The notes under the pieces: generated by a model
Told to the model about the DNA's origin: nothing
What the model saw: only the letters and a program-made list of their open reading frames with translations
Database searches by the model: none
Part shown: one piece after another, positions 28,940-38,876 of the stretch
How the letters are laid out: each line of letters starts with the position of its first letter
Numbering within the stretch: the first letter of the stretch is position 1
Origin: Treponemataceae bacterium
GTDB lineage: Bacteria > Spirochaetota > Spirochaetia > Treponematales > Rectinemataceae
DNA: 64,000 nucleotides
Direction: 5' to 3'
Assembly: GCA_963678065.2 (NCBI GenBank)
Contig: CAXXVZ010000002.1
Span: 384,001-448,000 of the forward strand
Made by a program: the position numbers and the translations under genes

Positions 28940-30238
28940 ATGCGAAAACCAGCGTCACGAAGAAAAAAGAGCGGTCCGAGACTCTGGCTGTACAGGTCTG
29001 CAATCGCCGCGCTCGCGCTCGCTCTGCTCTCGCTTGTTCTGCTCTCCCGCCCGGGACCCGGCGAGATCGAGTCGACGGAGGTCAACGCGGCGGATCTCGG
29101 CTACTACCGCGAGAGCTGGGAGGCGTCGAGGGTCCAGTTCCGCGAGCTGACCGAAATCGCCAGGCGCAGGTACAAAGGCGTGGAATCGGGTGTCATTCCC
29201 GTGCCGGACCGCGTCGATGCGGACCTCGCCGTTGACTGGCTCTATGTGCCACCTGTAGGTTCGCCTACAGGCGCGCCATCGGGCGGGAAGCGCGTCCTCG
29301 TGGTAGTGAGCTCGGGCGTCCACGGCGCGGAGGGCTTCGCCGGGAGCGCCGTGCAGGCGCAGCTCCTCACGGAATATCTCCCCGGAGCCGATCTCGGCGC
29401 AACGGGCTTTCTCTTCATCCACGGCATCAACCCCTACGGCATGAAGCACTGGCGTCGCTTCACGGGAAACAACGTCGACCTGAACCGCAACTCGCCTGTC
29501 ACTCCGGGGGTCTACGCGACACCCAACGCGGAGTACGGCAAACTGGATGCCTTCCTCAATCCCGCAGGCAAGGTCGATCTGCGCCGCCTGTCCGAGAAGG
29601 CTTTCGACCTCAGAATGATGTGGCTCGTCGTCACAAGAGGAAAAAAGGCCTTCCGTCAGGCGAGCGTCGGCGGCCAGTACGATTATCCGGATGGCATCTT
29701 CTACGGCGGGGCAGCCCCCGAGCCGCAGATGCCCGCGATCGGCGATCTCATCCGCTCGAAGGCCGCACCTTACAGCTCGATCCTCGGTCTCGATCTCCAC
29801 ACGGGAGTCGGTCGCCGATCCTACATGCACCTCATGACGAACGCCGGGAAGGACGAAGCGTACCACAAGCGCGCCGAATCCATATTCTCCGGGCATCCCC
29901 TCGACTGGCCCGAGGGCGACGACTTCTACCTCACCTCCGGCGACTTCACCACCTGGCTCGAGGCGATAGCATCGCCGCGTCCGGCCATCGCCGTCACCGT
30001 GGAGTTCGGCACTCTCGATTCGCAGACGACGCGGGGCGCCATCAGGAGCCTGTGGAACATGATCCACGAGAACCAGGGCAGGCGCTTCGGCTACGCGCGG
30101 GCCGCAGATGCGCGCCGCGTAGCCGAGAATTATCGCGAGATGTTCTTCCCTTCCTCGCGGGTGTGGCGCTCGGAGGTACTCCGGCAATCCCGCGAAAGCC
30201 TTTTCCCCGCGATTCGCCGCGCGAGTGCGCTACAGTGA
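28940..30238 (+). CDS. M14 zinc carboxypeptidase-like protein (DUF2817 type), N-terminal TM anchor
   Basis: SSGVHGAEG, INPYG, NNVDLNRN, DLHTGVG, EFGT. Confidence 0.85.
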   Translation: MRKPASRRKKSGPRLWLYRSAIAALALALLSLVLLSRPGPGEIESTEVNAADLGYYRESWEASRVQFRELTEIARRRYKGVESGVIPVPDRVDADLAVDWLYVPPVGSPTGAPSGGKRVLVVVSSGVHGAEGFAGSAVQAQLLTEYLPGADLGATGFLFIHGINPYGMKHWRRFTGNNVDLNRNSPVTPGVYATPNAEYGKLDAFLNPAGKVDLRRLSEKAFDLRMMWLVVTRGKKAFRQASVGGQYDYPDGIFYGGAAPEPQMPAIGDLIRSKAAPYSSILGLDLHTGVGRRSYMHLMTNAGKDEAYHKRAESIFSGHPLDWPEGDDFYLTSGDFTTWLEAIASPRPAIAVTVEFGTLDSQTTRGAIRSLWNMIHENQGRRFGYARAADARRVAENYREMFFPSSRVWRSEVLRQSRESLFPAIRRASALQ

Positions 30239-30265
30239 CCGGTTCCCGTCACCGCCAGACGCATC

Positions 30266-30300
30266 CAATTGCCAGGCCCCTGCGTCCGGGCCGGCAATTG
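30266..30300 (+). terminator. Stem-loop after M14 gene
   Basis: caattgcc-a-ggccc ... gggcc-ggcaattg; no clear U-tract. Confidence 0.4.
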
Positions 30301-30309
30301 TGGATATAA

Positions 30310-30355
30310 TTGCATGAGCATCAACAGAAACATGAAAATGTTTCACTTTACGCAA
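30310..30355 (+). promoter_or_regulatory. Paired LysR (IlvY) boxes upstream of ilvC
   Basis: TTG-N9-CAA (30310) and ATG-N9-CAC (30332), 22 bp apart. Confidence 0.6.
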
Positions 30356-30508
30356 CGCAGGCGATGGGTATATACATAGAGAAAGATCAGGCTGCCCCGT
30401 TGCCCCCTTCGGGCAAGGGGCTTTCCGGGCCAGGGCCCGTACCGGAACGACCGATATCGGAAACACGCGCGCGCCCAAAGACGCGCACCGTATAAAGGAG
30501 AGAACCGC

Positions 30509-31978
30509 ATGAACTATTTCAATTCGCTGCCATTCCGCGCGGCGCTGACCCAGCTGGGGACCTGTCGCTTCATGGAGAAATCCGAGTTCGCGGACGGCGC
30601 CACGGCGCTCAAGGGCAAGAAAATCGTCATCGTCGGCTGCGGCGCCCAGGGGCTGAACCAGGGGCTGAACCTGCGGGACTCGGGCCTGGACGTCAGCTAC
30701 ACCCTGCGCCCCGAGGCGATCGCGCAGAAGCGCGCGTCCTGGCGGAACGCCACCGAGAACGGCTTCAGGGTGGGCACCTATGAGGAACTCATCCCGACCG
30801 CCGACCTCGTCGGCAACCTCACCCCGGACAAGCAGCACACGCCGGTCATCGGCGCCGTCATGCCGCTCATGAAAAAAGGCGCGGCGCTCTGGTACTCGCA
30901 CGGCTTCAATATCGTGGAAGAGGGCATGCAGATCCGGCCGGACATCACGGTCGTCATGATGGCGCCCAAGGGGCCAGGCACCGAGGTGCGCACCGAGTAC
31001 ACGCGCGGCTTCGGCATCCCCACCCTGATCGCGGTGCATCCCGAGAACGATCCCGAGGGCAAGGGCTGGGCGATCGCGAAGGCCCTCGCCTGCGGCACCG
31101 GCGGCGACAAGGCCGGCGTCCTCGCGTCGAGCTTCGTGGCCGAAGTCAAGTCCGACCTCATGGGCGAGCAGACCATTCTCTGCGGCATGCTCCAGACGGG
31201 AAGCCTCCTCTGCTTCGACAAGATGGTCGAGAAGGGCATCGCCCCCGGCTACGCCTCAAAAATCATCCAGTTCGGCTGGGAAACCGTCACCGAAGCCCTC
31301 AAGTTCGGCGGCATCACCGGCATGATGGACCGCCTCTCCAACCCGGCCAAACTCCGCGCCGTCGCCCTCGCCGACGAACTCAAAGCCATCATGAAGCCGC
31401 TCTATCTGAAGCACCAGGACGACATCATCTCCGGGAAGTTCAGCTCGACGATGATGGAAGACTGGAAGGCCGGCGACAAAGACCTCCTCGCCTGGCGCGA
31501 GGCCACCGGCGCCACCGCCTTCGAGACGACGAAGGCCGCTCCGGACGCGATCTCGGACCAGGAATACTTCAACAAGGGCACCCTCATGGTCGCCATGGTG
31601 AAAGCCGGCGTCGAGCTTGCCTTCGAAACTATGGTCGAGGCCGGAATCAAGCCGGAGAGCGCCTACTACGAGAGCCTCCACGAAGTCCCGCTCATCGCCA
31701 ACCTCATCGCGCGCAAGAAGCTCTACGAGATGAACAAGGTCATCTCGGACACCGCCGAATACGGCTGCTACCTCTTCGACAACGCCTGCCGCCCCCTGCT
31801 TTCGGGCTTCATGGCCAAGGTCGGGACGGACATCATCGGCGCGGGGCTGCAGTTCGCCGACTCAGGCGTCTCCAACCGCGAACTGGTGCGCGTCAACGAG
31901 GCCATCCGCAACCACCCGGTCGAAGTCGTCGGGCGCAAACTGCGCGCCTACATGACGGCGATGAAGCCGGTGAAGTGA
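30509..31978 (+). CDS. ilvC: Ketol-acid reductoisomerase, long (class II) form
   Basis: [39 protein letters not shown]; 489 aa. Confidence 0.97.
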   Translation: MNYFNSLPFRAALTQLGTCRFMEKSEFADGATALKGKKIVIVGCGAQGLNQGLNLRDSGLDVSYTLRPEAIAQKRASWRNATENGFRVGTYEELIPTADLVGNLTPDKQHTPVIGAVMPLMKKGAALWYSHGFNIVEEGMQIRPDITVVMMAPKGPGTEVRTEYTRGFGIPTLIAVHPENDPEGKGWAIAKALACGTGGDKAGVLASSFVAEVKSDLMGEQTILCGMLQTGSLLCFDKMVEKGIAPGYASKIIQFGWETVTEALKFGGITGMMDRLSNPAKLRAVALADELKAIMKPLYLKHQDDIISGKFSSTMMEDWKAGDKDLLAWREATGATAFETTKAAPDAISDQEYFNKGTLMVAMVKAGVELAFETMVEAGIKPESAYYESLHEVPLIANLIARKKLYEMNKVISDTAEYGCYLFDNACRPLLSGFMAKVGTDIIGAGLQFADSGVSNRELVRVNEAIRNHPVEVVGRKLRAYMTAMKPVK

Positions 31979-32003
31979 GTCCGAAGCCTCTGCCGCGCGG
32001 ACA

Positions 32004-32699
32004 TCATTGCCCGTGCGGCGGAAGTTTCGTGAGTTCGGCCCCGAAGGGATCGTCCGACTCGAGGCTCTCCTCGAGCACCTCGAGCTCGGACTGCAGCTCG
32101 GCGATATTGTCTTCCTGCAGGCGGGCGAGCTGGCGCTCGAGGGAGGATTCGAGGAGCCCGAAGGTGTGCTCGAGCCGCGCTCCCGCATCCGCGACCTGAG
32201 CCTCCGAACCTCCCCGCTTCTCAAGCTCGATGGCCAGGCGAGTCAGGCGGGAGGCCGCCTCGCCCTGGTAGCTCAGAAAGGCGTGGGCAGCAGGCGCGTC
32301 CTTCGGGTCGGATTCGACGTCGGAGGCTATCGCGTCCAGGAGCTCCGCGATGCGCGAACAGCGGCGGGAAAGGGGATTCGAGCGGCCGAGTTCCGGAATC
32401 CTTTCGCGAAGGGAAGCGGCGGCGGCCCTGCCCGCGGCGATGGTCTTTCGGGCGAGTTCCGCGTCGACATAGTCCGTGACAAAGGGCTTTTCGGACCGGG
32501 CGCCCGCGCCGCCGAGGCCCGAAACCAGAAACCACAGCGCTGTGTAGCCCGCGACGCCTGCGCCCGCACTCCAGGGAAGCGGCAGACCGACGACAAGCCA
32601 GAACAGGAAAAAAAGGGAAGCCGCGCCGAGAGACGATACCAGGGCGGCCAGACCGGAGCCGCCTCCCGGGACGCGACCGGGACCCCCTGCCAGCCTCAC
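32004..32699 (-). CDS. XpaC-like (5-bromo-4-chloroindolyl phosphate hydrolysis family) membrane protein
   Basis: Two N-terminal TM segments, DPKDAPAAHAFLSY, coiled-coil C-terminus ending ELEVLEESL. Confidence 0.65.
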   Translation of the reverse strand: MRLAGGPGRVPGGGSGLAALVSSLGAASLFFLFWLVVGLPLPWSAGAGVAGYTALWFLVSGLGGAGARSEKPFVTDYVDAELARKTIAAGRAAAASLRERIPELGRSNPLSRRCSRIAELLDAIASDVESDPKDAPAAHAFLSYQGEAASRLTRLAIELEKRGGSEAQVADAGARLEHTFGLLESSLERQLARLQEDNIAELQSELEVLEESLESDDPFGAELTKLPPHGQ

Positions 32700-33568
32700 T
32701 TCGTATCTCCCCCGGGGCCCGGGGATGCCCCGAGACTCGGCGCCTCGAGCTTCGTTATGTCCGCCTCGAGGATGGAACTCAGCGCCTGCGCCAGCTGCTC
32801 GCGGTCCGCGGCCGAGGTGACACGGGCGCCGAGGGAGGCGAATCGCTGGAAATAGTCGGAGGCGATGTCGAAACCGACGAAGCTGAGCAGCGTCGATGAG
32901 GTCGAGACGACGAGGCCCTCGCGCGAAGCCGAATTGCGATTGGCGTAGAGCGCTTCGATGGTTTTATCCGGCTCGATGCCCTTCGTGTTCTCGCCGTCGG
33001 TGATGATCACGAGAGAGCGGAGTATGGTCCCGGATTGGGCGAGCCATTCCGCGCCGAGCTGGATGGCCTCGCCGATCGCGGTATTTCCGCCCGGAGAAAA
33101 GTTGTCCGGATTCTCCGTGGTGGCCTTGAGCTTCACGATCCCCGCGGCGTCGAGCGGCGTCAGAGGCAGGACAGGATACACGACTTCGTTGAATTTCAGG
33201 AGCCCGACCTTGATCACCTGACCCGGGGGCGACGACGCGACGAGTTTTTCCAGAACCCGCTCGACCTCGGCGAGGGCGGCGGCGGCCTGGATGTACTTTG
33301 GCTTCCCCCCCGACTTGGGCGCGGCGGACATGGAACTCGATACATCGACCGCGATGACGACGCTGATCCCGAGATCGTCGCGGGACGCGAGGGCCGCGTT
33401 GAAGTCGTCGCCGAAGCGGAGGACATAGGCTCCACTCCCGCCTGCGGCGCTGCCTTTTGCGCCGGGCTTCGTACCCGGAGTGAGCAGCTCGGGGAGGATG
33501 AATGTGAGAAGGATTGCCGCGACCACCATGACGATCGCGACCGCCGGAATCGATTTCCCGCTCCGCAT
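32696..33568 (-). CDS. Membrane-anchored vWA domain protein
   Basis: MIDAS DVSSSM, GNTAIG, ITDGEN; N-terminal TM helix. Confidence 0.88.
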   Translation of the reverse strand: MRSGKSIPAVAIVMVVAAILLTFILPELLTPGTKPGAKGSAAGGSGAYVLRFGDDFNAALASRDDLGISVVIAVDVSSSMSAAPKSGGKPKYIQAAAALAEVERVLEKLVASSPPGQVIKVGLLKFNEVVYPVLPLTPLDAAGIVKLKATTENPDNFSPGGNTAIGEAIQLGAEWLAQSGTILRSLVIITDGENTKGIEPDKTIEALYANRNSASREGLVVSTSSTLLSFVGFDIASDYFQRFASLGARVTSAADREQLAQALSSILEADITKLEAPSLGASPGPGGDTK

Positions 33569-33575
33569 GACCAGC

Positions 33576-35261
33576 CTACTCGAAGCTCAGGAACTGGACC
33601 GCGACGCGGCGGTTGGCGTCCGGCACATTCGGGTCAACCGGTTCGTCCCAGCCGCGACCCTCCGTTATCACGCGCTCCGGATCGACCTTGAAGCGCTGGA
33701 TGAGCAGCTTCTTGACGAATTCGGCGCGCCGCTTCGAGATGAGCTTGGCCTGGGCGCTCGCCTCTATGAAGGCCTGCTGCCCCTGTTCTTTGAAGGCCGC
33801 GACCTTCGAGGTATCGAGGTGGCCGACGAGCTTGACCATCGTCGTGCCGAGGAAGCCCATCTGCTCGGCGATTTTGCCGAGCTGCCGCATGTTCTGCCGG
33901 ATCTCCTCGGAGCTGGAGTCGGGATCGAAGTCGAGGCGCTGGGCCTCGAAGAAGAGCTTGATATCCTTCGCGAGCACGAGACGCTGGTTCTCGAGGTCGT
34001 TGATGTCGAGCGCGGCCTTGCGATTGAAACTGTCCTGGATGAGGTTCTTCTGGCCGGCGAAACGGCCGGTCTTGGCTGCTGCCTTGAGGCCCGCCGTATT
34101 GATGACCCGCTCTGCCTCGTAGGAAGCCTCGGGCGGCAGGACGCCGAGCAGCTTGTAGTACTCCTGGCTGAGGAAAAACAGCTTGCTCGCCCCGATCTGG
34201 TTTTCCGGGTCGAAAAACATCGTGGACTCGGGGAGGTTTGCGAGGTGCACCTCGTCGAGAAGGCCCTTGGCCTCCGCCGCGCCACCCGCGAGCTTGTAGA
34301 AAGAGGCCATGGCCGCGTAGGCGGTGTCCGGATTCGTCTTCAGGAGTTCGTAGCCATCGAGCATGCCGGTTACGAGACCCGCGACGAGGTCGGGCTTCTC
34401 GCGCGCAAAATCGTTCCGCGCGACGATGACGTCGGCTATGAGCTGGTTCGCGTCCCGCGAGGTTATGAGAAGCCGGGTTCCCGGCACATATCCGGAATTG
34501 CCCTCCTTGACCGCGTCCGTGAGGAAGGGGGTCCAGGTCACCCAGGCGGCGATGCCTTTGTTGTCGCGGAAGGTCTTGAGCGCGGCCGGGCCGTCGTCGA
34601 CGTGGACGACTTTCACGTCCTTCGGGCTTATGTCGAGCTGGGCGAGATACCAGAGGAGAAAAAAGGAGTAGGGCGAAGGCGAACTCGTCAGTATCGTCTT
34701 GCCTTTGAGTTCCTGAGGATTTTTTACGAAATCGCGGACGAGGATGCCGTCGCCGCCTACCGACCAGTCGAAGAGACCGACGACTTGCGGGACGACGCGC
34801 TTGTCGCCGTGAAGGGCGTCGTACAGAAGAGGAAGGCCGTCCATGCTCGACCAGATGAGAGGATAGCGGCCGGAAGCGAAGCCGTTCATCTGGGCCTGTG
34901 CGCTTTCCTCGCGCACGAGTTCCACAGCGAATTTATGGTTTTTATAAAAAAGCGAGTTCTTGTCCGGCGCTGATCCGCCGTTCGCGGCGAACAGGGCCGC
35001 ATATCCGCCCCAGGTATCCAGAGGAATGCGGACGAGAGGCACGGGACCCTCGCCCAGATCGACACTCGAGAGCGCGTAGCCGCCTATCCCCGCGATCCTG
35101 AGAGGCTCGACCTTGGCGGCCGGAAGCTTCTCGGTGCCCGGAATCGCCGCGATGGCGCCTGGAGTCGCCCTGGAACCGGAAGGAGTCGCGAAACGCCAGA
35201 TAAGGACTCCGCCGACGATGACAAGGAGAAAGACCAGCCCGATCCAGAACGACTTTTTCAT
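33576..35261 (-). CDS. NMT1/SsuA-like binding protein fused to a C-terminal OmpA-like domain
   Basis: TWGGYA, DWSVGGDGI, WTPFL; C-terminal VGHLD...SKRRAEFVK...GRGWDEP...NRRV; start MKKSFW with GGAGG. Confidence 0.82.
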   Translation of the reverse strand: MKKSFWIGLVFLLVIVGGVLIWRFATPSGSRATPGAIAAIPGTEKLPAAKVEPLRIAGIGGYALSSVDLGEGPVPLVRIPLDTWGGYAALFAANGGSAPDKNSLFYKNHKFAVELVREESAQAQMNGFASGRYPLIWSSMDGLPLLYDALHGDKRVVPQVVGLFDWSVGGDGILVRDFVKNPQELKGKTILTSSPSPYSFFLLWYLAQLDISPKDVKVVHVDDGPAALKTFRDNKGIAAWVTWTPFLTDAVKEGNSGYVPGTRLLITSRDANQLIADVIVARNDFAREKPDLVAGLVTGMLDGYELLKTNPDTAYAAMASFYKLAGGAAEAKGLLDEVHLANLPESTMFFDPENQIGASKLFFLSQEYYKLLGVLPPEASYEAERVINTAGLKAAAKTGRFAGQKNLIQDSFNRKAALDINDLENQRLVLAKDIKLFFEAQRLDFDPDSSSEEIRQNMRQLGKIAEQMGFLGTTMVKLVGHLDTSKVAAFKEQGQQAFIEASAQAKLISKRRAEFVKKLLIQRFKVDPERVITEGRGWDEPVDPNVPDANRRVAVQFLSFE

Positions 35262-35339
35262 GCAGGCCTCCATATGAAGGATAGGAAAGGGCAGGTCAGC
35301 TGTCAATGTGCGTGCGGCGCCGCGGCGCGATGCGGGCCA

Positions 35340-35567
35340 ATCGCCGCCATGCTCACCGAGGGCGGGTGCAGCGTTTTCACGGCCGCAGACGAAAAACAGG
35401 GCGATTTCGCTGTCCGGTGCCCGCAGGAACAGGGCAATTCCAGTATTCTCGTGGAAATCGGCGGAAGCGCAAAAGAAAGGAAGAAGGCCGATTTCGTCAT
35501 CCGCGACGATATCGACTACCCCGCTGGCCGCGCGATACCGATGTGGGCGCTGGGATTCATGTACTGA
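35340..35567 (+). pseudogene. C-terminal relic of an AAA_14/DUF4143-type ATPase
   Basis: GDF...VEIGG...DDIDY...IPMWALGFMY resembles the family C-terminus; no ATPase domain upstream. Confidence 0.6.
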
Positions 35568-35666
35568 GCGCCCCCGTATTGCCTCATCCAGAAATCTAAC
35601 CGAAGGAAGGGCCCCTTGCCTCCCCGCCGCGGAGGGTTTAGCATCGTCATTCTGAAGGAGTTCAGA

Positions 35667-37106
35667 ATGACGATGGATCTCAGGCGGCTTCTCGAGGCCG
35701 CGCTTCCGAAAGGCGTCGAGTGGGCCGGCCTGCGCCGCGTCCGCACCAACTCGCGCTCCTACACGGCCAAGGACGGGAAATTCGAGTCTTCGTTCGACTT
35801 CGTCGACGAGGGATACATGATCGAGGTGCTCGCGGACGGGCAATTCGGCTACGCTTGCCTCGTCTCCGCCGATCCTGAGGGATTGCGGGCGGCAGCGGAA
35901 CGGGCCCTCGAACTCGCGCAGGCGGCGGTGCCTTTCGCCATCCATCGCTTCGGCGCCGGGGTGAGACCAGCAACCATCCTGCGCTACGAGAGCGCGCGGA
36001 AACTGCGGTCGGTCTACACGGCCGACACCCTCTCGCGGCACGCCGTCCGCCTCACCGAGGCGATGCGGATCTCGGACAAGATCGTCCAGGCCTTCGCAGA
36101 AATCGAAACGCGGGACATCGAGACCGAAATCGTCTCGACCTCGGGGGCCGATATCGCCCAGTTCACGCACATCCTCGGCTACGGGACCCAGGCCATCGCG
36201 CGCGACGGGACGGTCACCCAGCGCAGGACCCTGAACGGGCCGCGCGGCAGGACCCTCCAGGGCGGCCGCGAGCTTCTCGACCTGGAAGGCGGAATCGAGG
36301 AAGCCAGAAAGGCGGCCGAACAGGCCATCGAGCTTCTCAGTGCGGCGGAATGCCCGAACGGAGTGGCCGACCTCGTCCTCGCCCCGGATCAGATGATGCT
36401 CCAGATCCACGAATCCGTCGGCCATCCCCTCGAGCTCGACCGCATACTCGGCGACGAGCGCAACTACGCGGGCTCCACCTTCGTCAAACTCTCGGACATC
36501 GGCAGCCTGCGCTACGGATCAAAGCTCATGAACATCAGCTTCGATCCGACGATCCCGAACGAGCCCGCCTCCTACGGGGCCGACGACATCGGCGCTCCGG
36601 CCGCGAAGGAGTACCTCATAAAGGACGGCATCCTCGTTCGCGCCCTGGGGAGCCTGGAGAGCCAGGCCCGCACGGGCAAGCCGGGCGTCGCCAACCAGCG
36701 CGCCCAGGACTGGTTCCGCGCTCCGATCGACCGCATGGCCAACCTCAACCTGGAGCCGGGCGCGGACAGCTTCGACACGATCATTTCTTCCATAGAAAAG
36801 GGAGTTTTCATGGAGGCGAACCGCTCCTGGTCGATCGACGATTACCGCAACAAGTTCCAGTTCGGCTGCGAGTACGGCAGGCTCATCGAGAACGGCAAGC
36901 TCGGGAAGGTCGTGCGGAATCCGAACTACCGCGGCGTCTCGGCGACTTTCTGGAGGAACCTCTGCGCGGTCGGCGACAGCTCCACTTTCGAGGTGTACGG
37001 GACCCCGAACTGCGGAAAGGGCGAGCCCAACCAAGTGATCACCGTCGGCCACGCGAGCCCGGTTTGCGCCTTCCGCGGCGTCGAAATCTTCGGAGGTGAA
37101 GCATGA
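35667..37106 (+). CDS. tldD: TldD metalloprotease subunit
   Basis: IHESVGHPLELDR, PIDRMAN, CGKGEP; RBS AAGGAG. Confidence 0.92.
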   Translation: MTMDLRRLLEAALPKGVEWAGLRRVRTNSRSYTAKDGKFESSFDFVDEGYMIEVLADGQFGYACLVSADPEGLRAAAERALELAQAAVPFAIHRFGAGVRPATILRYESARKLRSVYTADTLSRHAVRLTEAMRISDKIVQAFAEIETRDIETEIVSTSGADIAQFTHILGYGTQAIARDGTVTQRRTLNGPRGRTLQGGRELLDLEGGIEEARKAAEQAIELLSAAECPNGVADLVLAPDQMMLQIHESVGHPLELDRILGDERNYAGSTFVKLSDIGSLRYGSKLMNISFDPTIPNEPASYGADDIGAPAAKEYLIKDGILVRALGSLESQARTGKPGVANQRAQDWFRAPIDRMANLNLEPGADSFDTIISSIEKGVFMEANRSWSIDDYRNKFQFGCEYGRLIENGKLGKVVRNPNYRGVSATFWRNLCAVGDSSTFEVYGTPNCGKGEPNQVITVGHASPVCAFRGVEIFGGEA

Positions 37107-38488
37107 AGGCCGGAACCACTTCCGCGCGCGGTCCAGCGGCCACGCGCGATCTCGAGGCGGTCTTCGACCGCGCCTGCGATCTCCTCTTGAGCGAACTAGC
37201 GTCAGGCGAGGCCGCCGCGATCGAATTCTCGGGGGAGAACTCGACCTTCATGCGCTTCAACGGAGCGAAGGTGCGCCAGATCGGGACGGTCGACAGGGCC
37301 CTCGTCGAGTTCAAGTACTACCGCGACGGAAGGACGATCGGAAGTTCGGTCCAACTCGGCGGCGACGAATCGGAGGACAGGGAGCGGACAGTCCGCGCCC
37401 TCGCGCGCGCACGGCGTGAGGCAGCCCTGTTGCCGGAGGATCCCTACCAGACGCTGCCGACAGCGGCAGGCGTCTCGCGGGAGAGCTTCACGGGCTCTCT
37501 GCCCGGGAACGCGCGCATTCCCGAGGAAGTCCTTGCGCCCGCGAAGTCCATCGCGGAGGTGGGGGCCGATTTCGTCGGCATCCACAGTCAGGGACCGGTC
37601 TGCCGGGGAGCCGCGAACAGCCGGGGTGCCCGTCACTGGTTCGCGACCGAGACCTTCGCGACCGACTACTCCGCACATCTTCCGAGCGGCAAGGCGGTCA
37701 AATCCTGCTACGCGGGCAGGACCTGGGATGGCGCCGAATACCGGCGCAGGCTCGAATCCGAGCGCCCCAAGCTCGAAGCCATGGGCAGGGCGGAGAAACA
37801 GCTCGCCCCGGGCGAGTACCGCGTCTACATCGCCCCCGACGCGCTCGCCGAATTCATGGTTTTCTTCTCCTGGAACGGCCTCTCCGAGCGGGAGATCCGC
37901 GAGGGTGAAAGCGCGTGGATCGCCCTCAAGGAAGGGCGCAGCTCGCTGTCGCCGAAATTCGACCTCACGCAGGACTTCGGACTCGGCGTCATGCCGCGCT
38001 TCAACTCGCTCGGCGAGGTGGCCCCGGAACGCCTGCCTCTCATTGAGGGTGGCAGGCTCGCGAACACCCTGGTCTCGGCCCGCAGCGCGGTGCAGTACGG
38101 AATCGCGTCCAACGCCGCCCCCGAGGGCGAGTTCCTGCGCTCCGGCGCGATAGGCTCAGGCGGGCTGGCCGCGGACAGGGCATTGGAGGCCCTCGGCACC
38201 GGGCTCTTCATCTCCAACCTGCACTACCTCAACTGGAGCGATTTCGACTCCGCCCGCGTGACGGGTATGACCCGCTTCGCCTGTCTCTGGGTCGAGGGCG
38301 GCAGGATCGTCGCCCCGATAAAGGACATGCGCTTCGACGAGAGCCTCTACCGGCTCTGGGGCGACAAACTCGCCGCGGTGACCGCCGAGCGATCCCTCGT
38401 CGTCGAGACCGGGAGTTATTTCTTCCGCAGCCTCGAGGGTTCCCTGTTGCCGGGCATGCTGGTGGACGGGTTTACCCTGACGCTCTGA
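37103..38488 (+). CDS. pmbA: TldE/PmbA-family partner subunit
   Basis: ATGA-coupled to tldD; LHYLNWSD, TGMTRFAC, MRFDES; lacks HExxH. Confidence 0.85.
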   Translation: MKAGTTSARGPAATRDLEAVFDRACDLLLSELASGEAAAIEFSGENSTFMRFNGAKVRQIGTVDRALVEFKYYRDGRTIGSSVQLGGDESEDRERTVRALARARREAALLPEDPYQTLPTAAGVSRESFTGSLPGNARIPEEVLAPAKSIAEVGADFVGIHSQGPVCRGAANSRGARHWFATETFATDYSAHLPSGKAVKSCYAGRTWDGAEYRRRLESERPKLEAMGRAEKQLAPGEYRVYIAPDALAEFMVFFSWNGLSEREIREGESAWIALKEGRSSLSPKFDLTQDFGLGVMPRFNSLGEVAPERLPLIEGGRLANTLVSARSAVQYGIASNAAPEGEFLRSGAIGSGGLAADRALEALGTGLFISNLHYLNWSDFDSARVTGMTRFACLWVEGGRIVAPIKDMRFDESLYRLWGDKLAAVTAERSLVVETGSYFFRSLEGSLLPGMLVDGFTLTL

Positions 38489-38501
38489 ACGGCCGGGAGG
38501 G

Positions 38502-38858
38502 TCACTTCCCGGCAGCGACCGAGGCCCCGCTCGTCGCATCGAGCTTCGCCTTCGCGTAGGGCGGGATCGAGAAGGCGATGACGGCGACGAGGAGAATGCC
38601 GATGATGGCCGGCGCGCGCCAGGAGCGCTTCACGCCCGCGCGGGGTCCGAAAAACCTCGCGCGGATGACGCAGGTTGTGCCCGCGAAGAGGGCGCAGATG
38701 GCGGTCGCAATGGGTGCAAAGGTGCACAGCGACTTGTAGCCGAGCACGTTCTCCCAGCTCGCCCCGGCTCTCGGGACGAGGGTTGCGACCGCGGCGGCCG
38801 CGAAGAGGGCGCTCAGGCCGAGCAGGGGGAGATAGAGCCTCTGGCTTCTGTTTTCCAC
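38502..38858 (-). CDS. Small 3-TM membrane protein with C-terminal DATSGAS motif
   Basis: Hydrophobic segments, LGYKSLCTFAP, TTCVIR; RBS GGAGG before GTG. Confidence 0.7.
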   Translation of the reverse strand: MENRSQRLYLPLLGLSALFAAAAVATLVPRAGASWENVLGYKSLCTFAPIATAICALFAGTTCVIRARFFGPRAGVKRSWRAPAIIGILLVAVIAFSIPPYAKAKLDATSGASVAAGK

Positions 38859-38876
38859 GATTTCCTCCGATAGGTA

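Noticed and set aside
33576..36425. 949-aa minus-strand ORF as one giant protein
   Set aside because: The first ~390 aa are antisense to tldD and the spacer; the real start is MKKSFW at 35261 with RBS and TM anchor
35667..38488. tldD-pmbA as part of a RiPP cluster
   Set aside because: No precursor peptide, YcaO or radical SAM gene nearby
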